Positions 7,247-15,731 of a DNA stretch of 49,687 nt are shown here, in pieces. This DNA is from a virus (Duplodnaviria > Caudoviricetes). Below the pieces are notes generated by a model. It did not search any database, was not told where the DNA came from, and worked only from the letters and a program-made list of their open reading frames with translations. Numbering within the stretch: position 1 is the stretch's first letter; each line of letters opens with the position of its first letter. Location of the stretch: IMG/VR virus record IMGVR_UViG_3300033420_000009, positions 1 to 49,687 of that record. One strand, given 5' to 3'. A program made the translations under genes and the position numbers.

Positions 7247-7286
7247 ACTACACTCCTGCCTGTTACAACAAGAGTGTAGTCTTTTT
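7247..7286. promoter_or_regulatory. intergenic hairpin (terminator-like on +, or 5' leader hairpin of the 308-aa gene)
   Basis: ACTACACTC/GAGTGTAGT 9-bp stem followed by CTTTTT on +. Confidence 0.4.
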
Positions 7287-7291
7287 GGTAA

Positions 7292-7807
7292 TTACTGAGG
7301 GTATTCCATTTGTGGTTCCCTGTTATCAACTTGAACCGGAGCATTAGCATTCCATGAGGATAAAGAGGTATAATCTGTATTTCTTTTAATACCCTGATAG
7401 AACTTCTTTACCACTTTGTAATCAATATCTTCCCAAGATTTAGAAATGCTGTTTTTGTATGACTCATCAGCAGTTGCACAAGAATCAGCATCTTCCTGAG
7501 TTTTGAAATACCTAACAACAAACTGATGGTAATCATATTCATACTGAACTTTATCAATCCACATATTGTACTCTTTGAATCGGGCAAGACCAATAATTTC
7601 AGAGTGTTTAATTTCACTCTCAAGAGCAACTTCTTCAGGTTCGTATATACCCAACAATACTTCCATTGCTAATGTAGCATTTGGAGTTGCATTGATTATC
7701 TGCATAATAGCTTGGATATTTACACCTGGCATTTTGGATTCTAATGCTATTGCCATAATACGATCAATACCTGTTTCTTTTTTGTCTATTACTTTTACTG
7801 TTTTCAT
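7292..7807 (-). CDS. hypothetical protein
   Basis: start reassigned to MKTVKVIDK (ATG 7807) with AT-rich leader. Confidence 0.75.
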   Translation of the reverse strand: MKTVKVIDKKETGIDRIMAIALESKMPGVNIQAIMQIINATPNATLAMEVLLGIYEPEEVALESEIKHSEIIGLARFKEYNMWIDKVQYEYDYHQFVVRYFKTQEDADSCATADESYKNSISKSWEDIDYKVVKKFYQGIKRNTDYTSLSSWNANAPVQVDNREPQMEYPQ

Positions 7808-7840
7808 TGTATTATTTGTTTGGGGATTAGTTATTTTGTT

Positions 7841-8900
7841 CAGGTATAACTGTTGACCTGTATATTTTATGTTCCGAGTTACGTATTCTACCAGCCAGCA
7901 CACGCATTCATGGTGCATCTAATAAGATAGTGAATATAGTTTCACTTGGATAGCTCGAACAAAATGTCCCCTTTGCGGTAGTCTTACCTGCATTGCCTAA
8001 TAAGGGGATAAAATAGGACTTATCGTATGTGTATCCATGATAGTTCGCTGACCAGGCTAAGTTTGAGGGATTTACATCACATTGTTAGGTCATAATATGA
8101 AAACCACTGTTAATAATAATATTGGATGCTTATGATGTTCTGCTTATCCCGTGGACCTGTTACCGGCATCACCGATATGGATTAATTATCTCCACTCATA
8201 CGGAATCCCACCGTAGTATATCCTGCTGTAATCCACAGGACTTAATCAGGGTTTTTCCCTGATCCATATTGTAACAATTACACCCTGGGCTGACTAAATC
8301 GCTTTGTACCAGCCTGCACGATCAGAAGTATTGGACTTTCTATTGTAGCAGTATGAGTAATTGTTATGTGTCCGACTATACGGTTCACCGAAGTGAGTTA
8401 TGAATTGCACAATAATTTCAATGTGATATACTATTTACTGCGGCACTGTATATCAGAGTAGTAACCGATCTTGTTTATGAGGAGAGCAACTGTCCTATGA
8501 GGAGTACCAAGGATTGATATTTTAGTCCTTGGATTTCATTGTCGTGTATATTTTAATACAAATTTACATAGCACTTATCAAATGCTAATGGTCATGCTGA
8601 GACCCAAATTGTATCGAGCAATTATGCTCTTTTAGTACCGTTACCACACGGTCAGCAATACATTGTTCATGGTAAATAGAACAATGGATTAAGGTTTTAA
8701 GCTACCTATTTCAGGATCATCACTTCCTGATGGACGCTTCGTAATTTTATACTCTGCACTAACTTTGTGTTCATCTCTGTTAAAGATGGTATCAAATACA
8801 ACTGATTAACAGTCAATTGTATTAACACAATAGTAGCCCCATACGATTGTCACCGATTGATAACGGTAAAGAGAGCAGTTTAAAGACATGCTTAGGTCAT
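7841..8900 (-). ncRNA. candidate large (~1 kb) structured ncRNA or ncRNA cluster
   Basis: no credible ORF; more than 15 hairpins and long-range stems; strand inferred from flanking genes and a cUUCGg loop at 8385-8396. Confidence 0.55.
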
Positions 8901-9085
8901 AGAACTATGAATTAGGATTCACAGTCCATTCAACGAAGGTCAAGATACCTGCGATGATTGCTAATCTTTTCATAATGTTGGGGATTATGAGGTTAAAAAG
9001 GTCATATAATAGTATGCACAAGAATATGCATTTGAGAGAAATGGGTGAATATGGAGTGTGAGTTGCTGGGCAACGTACACACACA

Positions 9086-9271
9086 CTATCCACGCACTTT
9101 ACGCAGTACGAATTGCACAAATATTGCAGACACAAACAATAGAACTGCGATCAGTACATTAGCTGATTGTTCTGATGCTGTAATAGCATTAAATGTGCGA
9201 ACAACACAGACTGCACTCATGCAGAGTAGCATGATAGTGCAGAATGTAAATGGGATATGAACAGGTTTCAT
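9086..9271 (-). CDS. small membrane protein
   Basis: two hydrophobic segments. Confidence 0.5.
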   Translation of the reverse strand: MKPVHIPFTFCTIMLLCMSAVCVVRTFNAITASEQSANVLIAVLLFVSAIFVQFVLRKVRG

Positions 9272-9292
9272 AGATTAATGTGTAGCACACAA

Positions 9293-9319
9293 TAAAAAAA
9301 GCACTGGTTAAACCAGTGC
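9293..9319 (-). terminator. Rho-independent terminator overlapping the stop of 9308..9607
   Basis: GCACTGGT-TTA-ACCAGTGC followed by T7 on the minus strand. Confidence 0.8.
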
Positions 9320-9607
9320 ACTTTCTACGATTGCTTCGTGCTCTTTGCCAAGGGCAACGAACTGCGCATTAATCTGTCCTTTCAATTTATTGAAAGGCTT
9401 ATCGAACTTGTTCGTAGGATCCCAAGGTATAATCTCACCAACGGCATACGATTCATATTCGATAACTGTTTCTTCTGCTTTAGCATTGTGAAACAATTCA
9501 ACACCATTTCTCAGGGTAATAACATTACCTTTACGAGTTTCACCTTTTTTGTTGGTATACTCGAAGATGCCTGATTGCATCTTAACTGAACTTCTCAATA
9601 TCTGCAT
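9308..9607 (-). CDS. hypothetical protein (99 aa)
   Basis: start reassigned to MQILRSSVK; own terminator. Confidence 0.7.
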   Translation of the reverse strand: MQILRSSVKMQSGIFEYTNKKGETRKGNVITLRNGVELFHNAKAEETVIEYESYAVGEIIPWDPTNKFDKPFNKLKGQINAQFVALGKEHEAIVESALV

Positions 9608-9698
9608 AATCGGGATTTTTAAACAGAGACCGGGTATTCGATCCTGTAAGATGAGGGTAGGGTGTTTTTGAGATGTGGTATCCCAACTCACATAAATC

Positions 9699-10055
9699 CT
9701 AAAATTTTTTAGAAAAAATTCTTTCCCTCTCATCTCTCTGATCCTTATCTCTCACGTAGATTAGAGTACCATCTCGATCTCTCTTCAAATCAGGATCTAT
9801 CACATGGAATAGTATAGCGTTGTAGACTTCTTTCAAGAAGTAGACCATAGCTTCATTAGTTACTTTAGATTTATTCCGTTCGTATTCAAAGGTTTCAATT
9901 TGGATTCGAGATCCAACTAAGATATAATAATACAATCCATCAGTGTGTTTTTTACGAACTTGCGTCCATAACTCTATTCCCTGGATTGTATAGTTTTCTT
10001 CTGCAATTGGAGGCAGTTCAATAAGTGCATAATCAGGAAATACTTTATATGTCAT
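9699..10055 (-). CDS. hypothetical protein
   Basis: ATGA overlap with 10052..10198. Confidence 0.65.
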   Translation of the reverse strand: MTYKVFPDYALIELPPIAEENYTIQGIELWTQVRKKHTDGLYYYILVGSRIQIETFEYERNKSKVTNEAMVYFLKEVYNAILFHVIDPDLKRDRDGTLIYVRDKDQRDERERIFSKKF

Positions 10056-10198
10056 CGGTTTCTATTATTAATAAATTTAGTACACCCTTCAGCTTCGAAC
10101 CAAGTGTAGGATTGAGTACGATCAGCTATAGCAGTTTGTCTGTAGCAATCTCTAATCCTCGGACACTTATTGTTTGTGCACAAAGATATGTCTGGCAT
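10052..10198 (-). CDS. small Cys-rich phage protein (48 aa, MPDISLCTNNKCPRIRDCYR...)
   Basis: hand-translated; MxDIxxCxxxxCPxxxxCxR pattern recurrent in phages. Confidence 0.7.
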   Translation of the reverse strand: MPDISLCTNNKCPRIRDCYRQTAIADRTQSYTWFEAEGCTKFINNRNR

Positions 10199-10203
10199 AG
10201 CGG

Positions 10204-10395
10204 TTATAGTATTGGTTTAACATCAATAATCTTGAACCATCCATTACCGAGACATCTGCATACGTTAGTACCGTTGAAGATGCAATCATTGTAAGCAATG
10301 TAGTTACCCATGAATACGAGATTCATACATTTAGAGCGATGGAACAGGAGATTGTAGTTCCTGTCCCACCATGGTATAGGGTTAAACTTTTTCAT
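10204..10395 (-). CDS. hypothetical protein
   Basis: overlaps the end of the upstream gene in the operon. Confidence 0.55.
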   Translation of the reverse strand: MKKFNPIPWWDRNYNLLFHRSKCMNLVFMGNYIAYNDCIFNGTNVCRCLGNGWFKIIDVKPIL

Positions 10396-10645
10396 AGGTC
10401 TTTTCGAATATGTCTGGTTTGCAAGGATAGAATTCTCCGTTTACTCCTTTGATGACCCAATCATTTACAGAAGCTTCCATAGTTCCTTCGAGAGTCTCGA
10501 TTAGAAGTTTGGTGTGCAATGGATCTTTATAGCTTACGATAAGATGAGTATTCATGAATGCTTGTATAGCGAGCACTGTGTTAGAATCATCTCTGAATTG
10601 AATAGCTTCAATTACTACTGGTTTCTTCCTGAACTTTAGTATCAT
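10382..10645 (-). CDS. widespread small phage protein (RKKPVVIEA...TLEG...GEFYPCKPDIF family)
   Basis: diagnostic motifs. Confidence 0.85.
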   Translation of the reverse strand: MILKFRKKPVVIEAIQFRDDSNTVLAIQAFMNTHLIVSYKDPLHTKLLIETLEGTMEASVNDWVIKGVNGEFYPCKPDIFEKTYEKV

Positions 10646-10907
10646 CTGTATTGGATTTAGATTGTTTCTTTCTGTATCTCACATTTGGTGATTCCCATGA
10701 ATTACGCTTATGCATTAGTCCATGTCTTCCTATGTTATTAGTTTCGCTTAGAATCCAGGCATCGACCTCGGAGCACTCTTCTATAGTAAAGAGAACTATT
10801 CCGCTCATGTGTGGATCTTCCATTACTCCGGTTCTATGCTGCTCGAAGAACTCGTATGTGCATAGTTCTTGTGAGAGCTTGCTTATTCTTTCTGTATCAT
10901 ACTTCAT
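10608..10907 (-). CDS. hypothetical protein
   Basis: ORF in operon. Confidence 0.6.
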   Translation of the reverse strand: MKYDTERISKLSQELCTYEFFEQHRTGVMEDPHMSGIVLFTIEECSEVDAWILSETNNIGRHGLMHKRNSWESPNVRYRKKQSKSNTDDTKVQEETSSN

Positions 10908-10908
10908 A

Positions 10909-11241
10909 TTATTGTGGTATTAATTCTAATTGTTCTTCATAATACCAAGCAGTCTTGTCAGGAATACCGTCAAGTGCATAGGTATTTTTTCCATCGTAAC
11001 GAGAGTTAATATCTCTTACTGTACCTACTTGTCCTACTATATCAGAACTTATATCGTATATAATGAGATTTTCAGTTTCTTCGATTATAGGAAATGAAAG
11101 AGTTTTCATATTTGATTTATGGTGCCAGTAAGGATGACCATATTTAATGACCTTTACTTTGTCCCCCAGATGGAATTTTGTTTTGTTTTTATCGTATAGC
11201 ATTAGCGTGAAGTTTATCGTATCCGATTGTTGCAGGTGCAA
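10909..11241 (-). CDS. hypothetical protein, possible SH3/KOW-like fold (start may be downstream at MLYDK)
   Basis: FHLGDKVKV...GQVGTV...YALDG...WY..EQLE pattern. Confidence 0.6.
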   Translation of the reverse strand: MHLQQSDTINFTLMLYDKNKTKFHLGDKVKVIKYGHPYWHHKSNMKTLSFPIIEETENLIIYDISSDIVGQVGTVRDINSRYDGKNTYALDGIPDKTAWYYEEQLELIPQ

Positions 11242-11388
11242 CTAATATTTTGTATATTTATGAAAAGTACCCGGAGTAAATCTCCAACCTCGATCCCCTC
11301 GACCCCGGGTTACTTTTTCAGAATTGATTTTTAATTTTCGCTTTATTGTTTATCAATACGTCAAAGAACATTCTTCTGTTTAATTCTA

Positions 11389-11420
11389 CAAACATATATA
11401 AAAAGTATATTTAAACCAAA
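11389..11420 (-). promoter_or_regulatory. Bacteroidota sigma-A promoter (leftward)
   Basis: TTTG (11420-11417), 20-nt spacer, TATGTTTG (11396-11389); fits TTTG-N19-21-TAnnTTTG. Confidence 0.65.
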
Positions 11421-11449
11421 TAATATTTCGTTTAAATTCAAAAAAGGTT

Positions 11450-11457
11450 TATATTTG
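11450..11457 (+). promoter_or_regulatory. Bacteroidota -7 promoter element (rightward)
   Basis: TATATTTG 23 nt upstream of ATG 11481. Confidence 0.55.
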
Positions 11458-11480
11458 TACTTCATCAATAGCAAAATCAT

Positions 11481-11942
11481 ATGGAAAAATTCGTAGATTA
11501 TTTTAGTCCTTTAGCAGTGAACTACAAGCGGTTGGATATGTATAATCCTGAGCTTGAATTGGACACAATCTTAGTGTTCGAAAAAATTACACTAATAGCC
11601 ATAAATTCTCGAACCAGAGTATTTAGAGCTACTACTCTCCAGTTAGAGAAATCGCTCAGACTTGGAAGAAGACGTGTAGAGAAGTCACTTGATTATCTTA
11701 TGGAACTTGGAATCATAGTTCGAGTAGGAACAAAGAAACACGCAGCAAGTCTGTATAGGTATGATCCTTATGCGTTGATTCGTCAGGTGAGTAAATTCTA
11801 TGACTACCAGCAAGAACCGGATGTGGTTATACGCCGGCAAATGCGTAATCAAACAAAAGCATATCTGTATAAGTCATTTAAGATAACCGGAGTTTCCTAT
11901 AAGAAGCAGCCGATAGAAGAATTTGAAGAGTGCGAATATTAA
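11481..11942 (+). CDS. winged helix-turn-helix DNA-binding protein
   Basis: TLQLEKSLRLGRRRVEKSLDYLMELGII wHTH pattern; first gene after the strand switch. Confidence 0.7.
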   Translation: MEKFVDYFSPLAVNYKRLDMYNPELELDTILVFEKITLIAINSRTRVFRATTLQLEKSLRLGRRRVEKSLDYLMELGIIVRVGTKKHAASLYRYDPYALIRQVSKFYDYQQEPDVVIRRQMRNQTKAYLYKSFKITGVSYKKQPIEEFEECEY

Positions 11943-11959
11943 TTTAAAAATCAATTACA

Positions 11960-12178
11960 ATGAAAATGAAAATCTTTATGGAAAATGATGGCGTTCTGGA
12001 AGAAGCTGTCTTCAGTGACCTGACTATGAACACAGTAGAAGCTGTTCTGAGTAATGAAACTCCTAAATTTGGTAAGGCTGAAAAAGCTCCGAAAACAGAC
12101 ACTATGGTGAATGCAGCTCAAACTGCTGATAGCCAGGCAAATGCAGAGGCTAAACCAGCTAAAAAGACCACTAAATAG
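11960..12178 (+). CDS. small hypothetical protein with A/K-rich tail
   Basis: 72-aa ORF, AT-rich leader. Confidence 0.65.
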   Translation: MKMKIFMENDGVLEEAVFSDLTMNTVEAVLSNETPKFGKAEKAPKTDTMVNAAQTADSQANAEAKPAKKTTK

Positions 12179-12186
12179 TGGAGGTT

Positions 12187-12285
12187 GTACAAATGTGCAA
12201 TATGGTATATCTGCGTACAACTATATATATATAGTATAATATAGTATACGTTTATACGTAAGGGGTCACCGTATTGCACTTGTAC
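12187..12285. repeat. inverted repeat enclosing AT palindromes
   Basis: GTACAA..GTGCAATATGGT / ACCGTATTGCAC.TTGTAC around ACTATATATATATAGT. Confidence 0.6.
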
Positions 12286-12302
12286 GAAACAAACTAAAGA
12301 TT

Positions 12303-12677
12303 ATGGAAGAACAAGTTACACAACCTACCCAGGAGCAAGATATAGCTCAAAGACTTCAGATGAGTATTAACTATTGTGCAAGAGATCTTCCTAAGATGGG
12401 AGTATGTCCCCGGTGCAGAAAGACGACGGATCTACGAGTTGTTTATTTGGAGGATGAATGCAGATGGGTATTCTTCTACCAATGCACCTGTAGGCAGATA
12501 AAGCATACCAATGGAACCTCAAAAGCAAGTATGGAATTAACCAAGTTGGTTAGAGGCAGACCAGATATTCCATCTACTACAGAAGAGATATCCCAAGAAC
12601 TTGAGACAGTTGATAGTAATAACCCTAAATCCAATTCAGATGGCAACAAAGAAAGCTGCACCGAAGAAGACCAGTAA
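12303..12677 (+). CDS. putative zinc-ribbon protein
   Basis: CPRC...CTC cysteine pairs. Confidence 0.6.
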   Translation: MEEQVTQPTQEQDIAQRLQMSINYCARDLPKMGVCPRCRKTTDLRVVYLEDECRWVFFYQCTCRQIKHTNGTSKASMELTKLVRGRPDIPSTTEEISQELETVDSNNPKSNSDGNKESCTEEDQ

Positions 12678-12700
12678 GAAATCTGGCAAATGCTAAACGA

Positions 12701-12731
12701 AAAAACCCAGACCTAAAAGACCTGGGTTTTT
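12701..12731. terminator. bidirectional intrinsic terminator
   Basis: AAAAACCCAG...CTGGGTTTTT. Confidence 0.7.
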
Positions 12732-12739
12732 GCATTCTG

Positions 12740-12935
12740 AATCTGCTTTAAAGCTGCTTTTTTCTTTCCGATTCTGTAACTACCTGTGTTACAAGCTACT
12801 CTGTAAGCGTTGGCGGTGCGGACGGGACTCGAACCCGCGACCCTCGGCGTGACAGGCATATCCCACGCCACGTCTATACTGCCGAAGTTTCAACAAAGCT
12901 AAAAAATTAAGTTTCAAATCTGCTTTAAAGCTGCT
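12740..12935. mobile_element. attP-like site: tRNA-Asp-derived core flanked by 19-bp direct arm repeats
   Basis: AATCTGCTTTAAAGCTGCT at 12740-12758 and 12917-12935; core 12811-12857; adjacent integrase. Confidence 0.85.
12811..12857 (-). other. 3' part of tRNA-Asp(GTC) (att core, not a complete tRNA)
   Basis: GCCTGTCACGCCGAGGGTCGCGGGTTCGAGTCCCGTCCGCACCGCCA; anticodon loop, T arm and CCA present; no D arm or 5' acceptor strand. Confidence 0.9.
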
Positions 12936-12972
12936 CTTTTTTAGTTTACATTTGTTTTTACATTTTAGCAGC

Positions 12973-14187
12973 ATGGGAAAATTTACTACAATAGCACAAC
13001 GTGGGTATATCTATGTGATATATTATCATGGCGGTGAGAAATTCCAAGTAACCACCGGATTTCAAGTATCAGATCCTAAGAATCCTATTCCGAATCTCAG
13101 ACCATCGGATCCTCAGTTTAAACCTAAGACCGATAAGATCAATCAAATGCTCCAAGATATGTTCACGGCTAACTCACGCTTAAGAACAGCCAATGTGTAT
13201 CCGGACGTACATGCTCTACGAAGAGAATACTTTAAAGTAACTGGAGTAACCCCAGATGACTTCGGTAAACCTGAGAGTCACTACAAACCATTCTGGGACA
13301 TGTTCGAGGAGTACCTCAATACTAAGAGAATATCCAGATCTCCTACTACGATCAACAACTATAATCAGTTTAAGAGTGGACTGCAGGAGTATTGTAAGAT
13401 GGACCAGTATGATATCACATTCAAAGGATTTGAACAAGTACAGTTCGGCAGGTACATTCAATTTCTTACACTAAAGAAAAAGAACCTGAAGGACGAGGAC
13501 AAAACCGAGATCAATGTATTTTCAGAGTCTACCATCAATAAACATGTCCGGTGCTTGACCGCGTTCTACAAGTGGGCGTATCCGGAACTACCAAGGACAC
13601 ATTTCAGTTACGAGTGGAAGAATGTGCATAACGTACACCCTCTGTATGAAGGGGAACTGAAATACTTAATTGAATCCGAAGATGTTCCGGAGTACCTTAG
13701 AAGAACTCGGGATCTATTTGTGTTCTGCTGCTGCACAGGAATGCGCTATTCGGACTCACAGAACTTCAAGGACTATTGGGTGGACAATGGAGTGATTGCT
13801 TACAACCAGATTAAAACCGGCGGAGATGCCATAGCCCCGCTTGTTAATGCAGCCAATATGGTCCTGGTTCGTTATGGAGCGACTACTCCAAAGATTCCGA
13901 ATCCGGTCTATAACTGGCAACTGAAAGAACTATTCAAGATCCTAAATATCATTCGGGCAGTAGAACTCTACGATTCCAAGACCAGACGTAGAACTCTCGT
14001 ACCATTCTTCGAACAGGTTACTACTCACACTGCACGAAAGACTTTTGTAACACTTGCCCTTGAGAAAGGAATAGCTGTCCAAGACGTAATGCTTATGTCC
14101 GGTCATCATGACTTTCGGGCAATGCGTCCTTACATTAAAATATCCAGGGAGCATCTTAGAGAACAGAGTAAGAAGCTTCAGTGGTAA
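12973..14187 (+). CDS. int: tyrosine integrase (Bacteroidota phage-integrase/SAM-like type)
   Basis: catalytic TGMRYSD, KT, HTARKTF, SGH, Y; likely start MGKF at 12973 with TACATTTG -7 element at 12947-12954. Confidence 0.93.
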   Translation: MGKFTTIAQRGYIYVIYYHGGEKFQVTTGFQVSDPKNPIPNLRPSDPQFKPKTDKINQMLQDMFTANSRLRTANVYPDVHALRREYFKVTGVTPDDFGKPESHYKPFWDMFEEYLNTKRISRSPTTINNYNQFKSGLQEYCKMDQYDITFKGFEQVQFGRYIQFLTLKKKNLKDEDKTEINVFSESTINKHVRCLTAFYKWAYPELPRTHFSYEWKNVHNVHPLYEGELKYLIESEDVPEYLRRTRDLFVFCCCTGMRYSDSQNFKDYWVDNGVIAYNQIKTGGDAIAPLVNAANMVLVRYGATTPKIPNPVYNWQLKELFKILNIIRAVELYDSKTRRRTLVPFFEQVTTHTARKTFVTLALEKGIAVQDVMLMSGHHDFRAMRPYIKISREHLREQSKKLQW

Positions 14188-14237
14188 CTTCCTAAGATCG
14201 ATTTTATATCCTATTTGCATATTAAACAGAATAATGT

Positions 14238-14269
14238 GTTGCATAAGCTATACTAATTATGTATATTTG
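14238..14269 (+). promoter_or_regulatory. Bacteroidota sigma-A promoter for the packaging/virion operon
   Basis: GTTG-N20-TATATTTG. Confidence 0.55.
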
Positions 14270-14294
14270 TGCTTTAAACAAAATATTATTCTGT

Positions 14295-14588
14295 ATGGTA
14301 TGCAAGAAAGAGGGTGTCGTATATGAACTGAAGAATTTCAATTCAGAAGATGGTCAACTTATTCAATTCACTTATAAGAACGAGAAGGGCGCATATGAGC
14401 CCGGAACTACAAATGAAGAAGTGGTTGATATGCTTATTGAAAGGATGTACAGTCTTCAGAAGAGTAGATTCTCCACAGAGAACGAAGTCATGATCATGAT
14501 GCTTAAAGATGTACGAAGACTCTTAAAGAAGAGATTAAGCAACAAAATACAAACCGTAAAAAATTCGCATGAAAAATATCCAGTTTAA
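14295..14588 (+). CDS. hypothetical phage protein
   Basis: likely start MVCKKEG downstream of the promoter; IQF...GTTNEEVV..LIERM pattern. Confidence 0.7.
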   Translation: MVCKKEGVVYELKNFNSEDGQLIQFTYKNEKGAYEPGTTNEEVVDMLIERMYSLQKSRFSTENEVMIMMLKDVRRLLKKRLSNKIQTVKNSHEKYPV

Positions 14589-14913
14589 AATAAAGCAGGA
14601 GGATTACATTAAGACTTATGTAACTCTTATGAATGGCATATTCAATCTTACGGATATGGAGATCTCGATTTTAGTAGCGTTTATTAAGTATAATCCAGAT
14701 CTAATAGGAACAACACTTTCCAGAAAGGTAGTATCTGAACAGCTTGGCATTGCCAATGTAGCGGTTCTTAATAATTATATTAAGAAGTTAAAGTTGAAAT
14801 CGGTGATCATACCGGCTAAATCTAAGTACGATCTGCACCCGATGCTTCATCCAAATCATTATAAAAAGGGGATACAATTTACTTTTAACTATGGCGAAAC
14901 CGAAGTACTATAA
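14569..14913 (+). CDS. wHTH-like protein (crAss-like, upstream of terminase)
   Basis: LTDME...SEQLGI...LNNYIKKLKLK.VI pattern; gene position. Confidence 0.65.
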   Translation: MKNIQFKIKQEDYIKTYVTLMNGIFNLTDMEISILVAFIKYNPDLIGTTLSRKVVSEQLGIANVAVLNNYIKKLKLKSVIIPAKSKYDLHPMLHPNHYKKGIQFTFNYGETEVL

Positions 14914-15187
14914 GGATCTATCGACTGTCTTGATGAAAGAGATAGCAAAGGATATGGGTACTTCCTTTGAGGAGATTTATTCTATAGTAAATACCCAAAG
15001 TAAGTATACGGCGCATATGATTGAGCACAGTGGATTCGAGGCAATATCTCTTCCGTACCTGGGTAAGTTTATGGTAAACCCATTCAGACTACAGAAGATC
15101 AATCAAAGTATGGCAGAACGAAAAATTAAAAAATATGAGTCTATTCCAAGAAGAGAAGTACAAAGTGACAGTGACTCCGGAGATTAA
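14891..15187 (+). CDS. HU/IHF-like protein
   Basis: KEIAKDMG...ISLPYLGKF resembles the HU LxGFGxF motif. Confidence 0.65.
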   Translation: MAKPKYYKDLSTVLMKEIAKDMGTSFEEIYSIVNTQSKYTAHMIEHSGFEAISLPYLGKFMVNPFRLQKINQSMAERKIKKYESIPRREVQSDSDSGD

Positions 15188-15722
15188 ATTAATCCCCGAA
15201 TTCTCTGTTATCTGGACCCGGGACAAGGACTCTCACAAAAGAGTAGCTGTCCAGGAGTTCTCTTATATTTATTTTATTACAGACTACAAAAGTCCTTACA
15301 CCATCTACAGTGGCGAGGAGAGACTTGGTGTAGTAAAGAAAGATTTGGGGTTTGACCCAGACTGGATTCCGGACCAAGCTATCATCAACGCAGTAGCTAA
15401 GTACGAACAGTTAATGGAAACTCCATCTGTAAAGAGTCTTAAGGCAATCAAAGAGTCCCTTCTCACATCAACGAAGGTTATTAAACTAATGCAACAAAAC
15501 ATCGAGGACATGATGCAAGCGCAGAGTGATCCGGAAGATGGAGATGCCGATCTGGATATACTGTCCGCACTTGCTGACAACATAGACCGGCTTCTAAATT
15601 TATCGAGTAAACTTCCAAAAGCAGTCTCCACTATTGAAGAGTTGGAGGAAAAAGTCAAGAAAGAGCAGAGCAACGAACGCAGAATCAAAGGAGGGGGTGG
15701 AGCTACCCATTTCGAAGACTAA
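15135..15722 (+). CDS. conserved crAss-like protein upstream of TerL (possible small terminase)
   Basis: position; DKD..K..A..EFSYIYF..D.KSPY motif; helical C-terminus ending RIKGG...FED. Confidence 0.6.
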   Translation: MSLFQEEKYKVTVTPEIKLIPEFSVIWTRDKDSHKRVAVQEFSYIYFITDYKSPYTIYSGEERLGVVKKDLGFDPDWIPDQAIINAVAKYEQLMETPSVKSLKAIKESLLTSTKVIKLMQQNIEDMMQAQSDPEDGDADLDILSALADNIDRLLNLSSKLPKAVSTIEELEEKVKKEQSNERRIKGGGGATHFED

Positions 15723-15731
15723 TGTAATTAG

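Noticed and set aside
7808-7918. N-terminal extensions of ORFs 7292..7918, 5212..5619 and 9308..9733
   Set aside because: The extensions run through structured or intergenic sequence; downstream ATGs have typical AT-rich leaders.
12811-12857. complete tRNA-Asp gene
   Set aside because: No D arm or 5' acceptor strand, and the anticodon stem pairs for only 2 bp; better explained as an att core.
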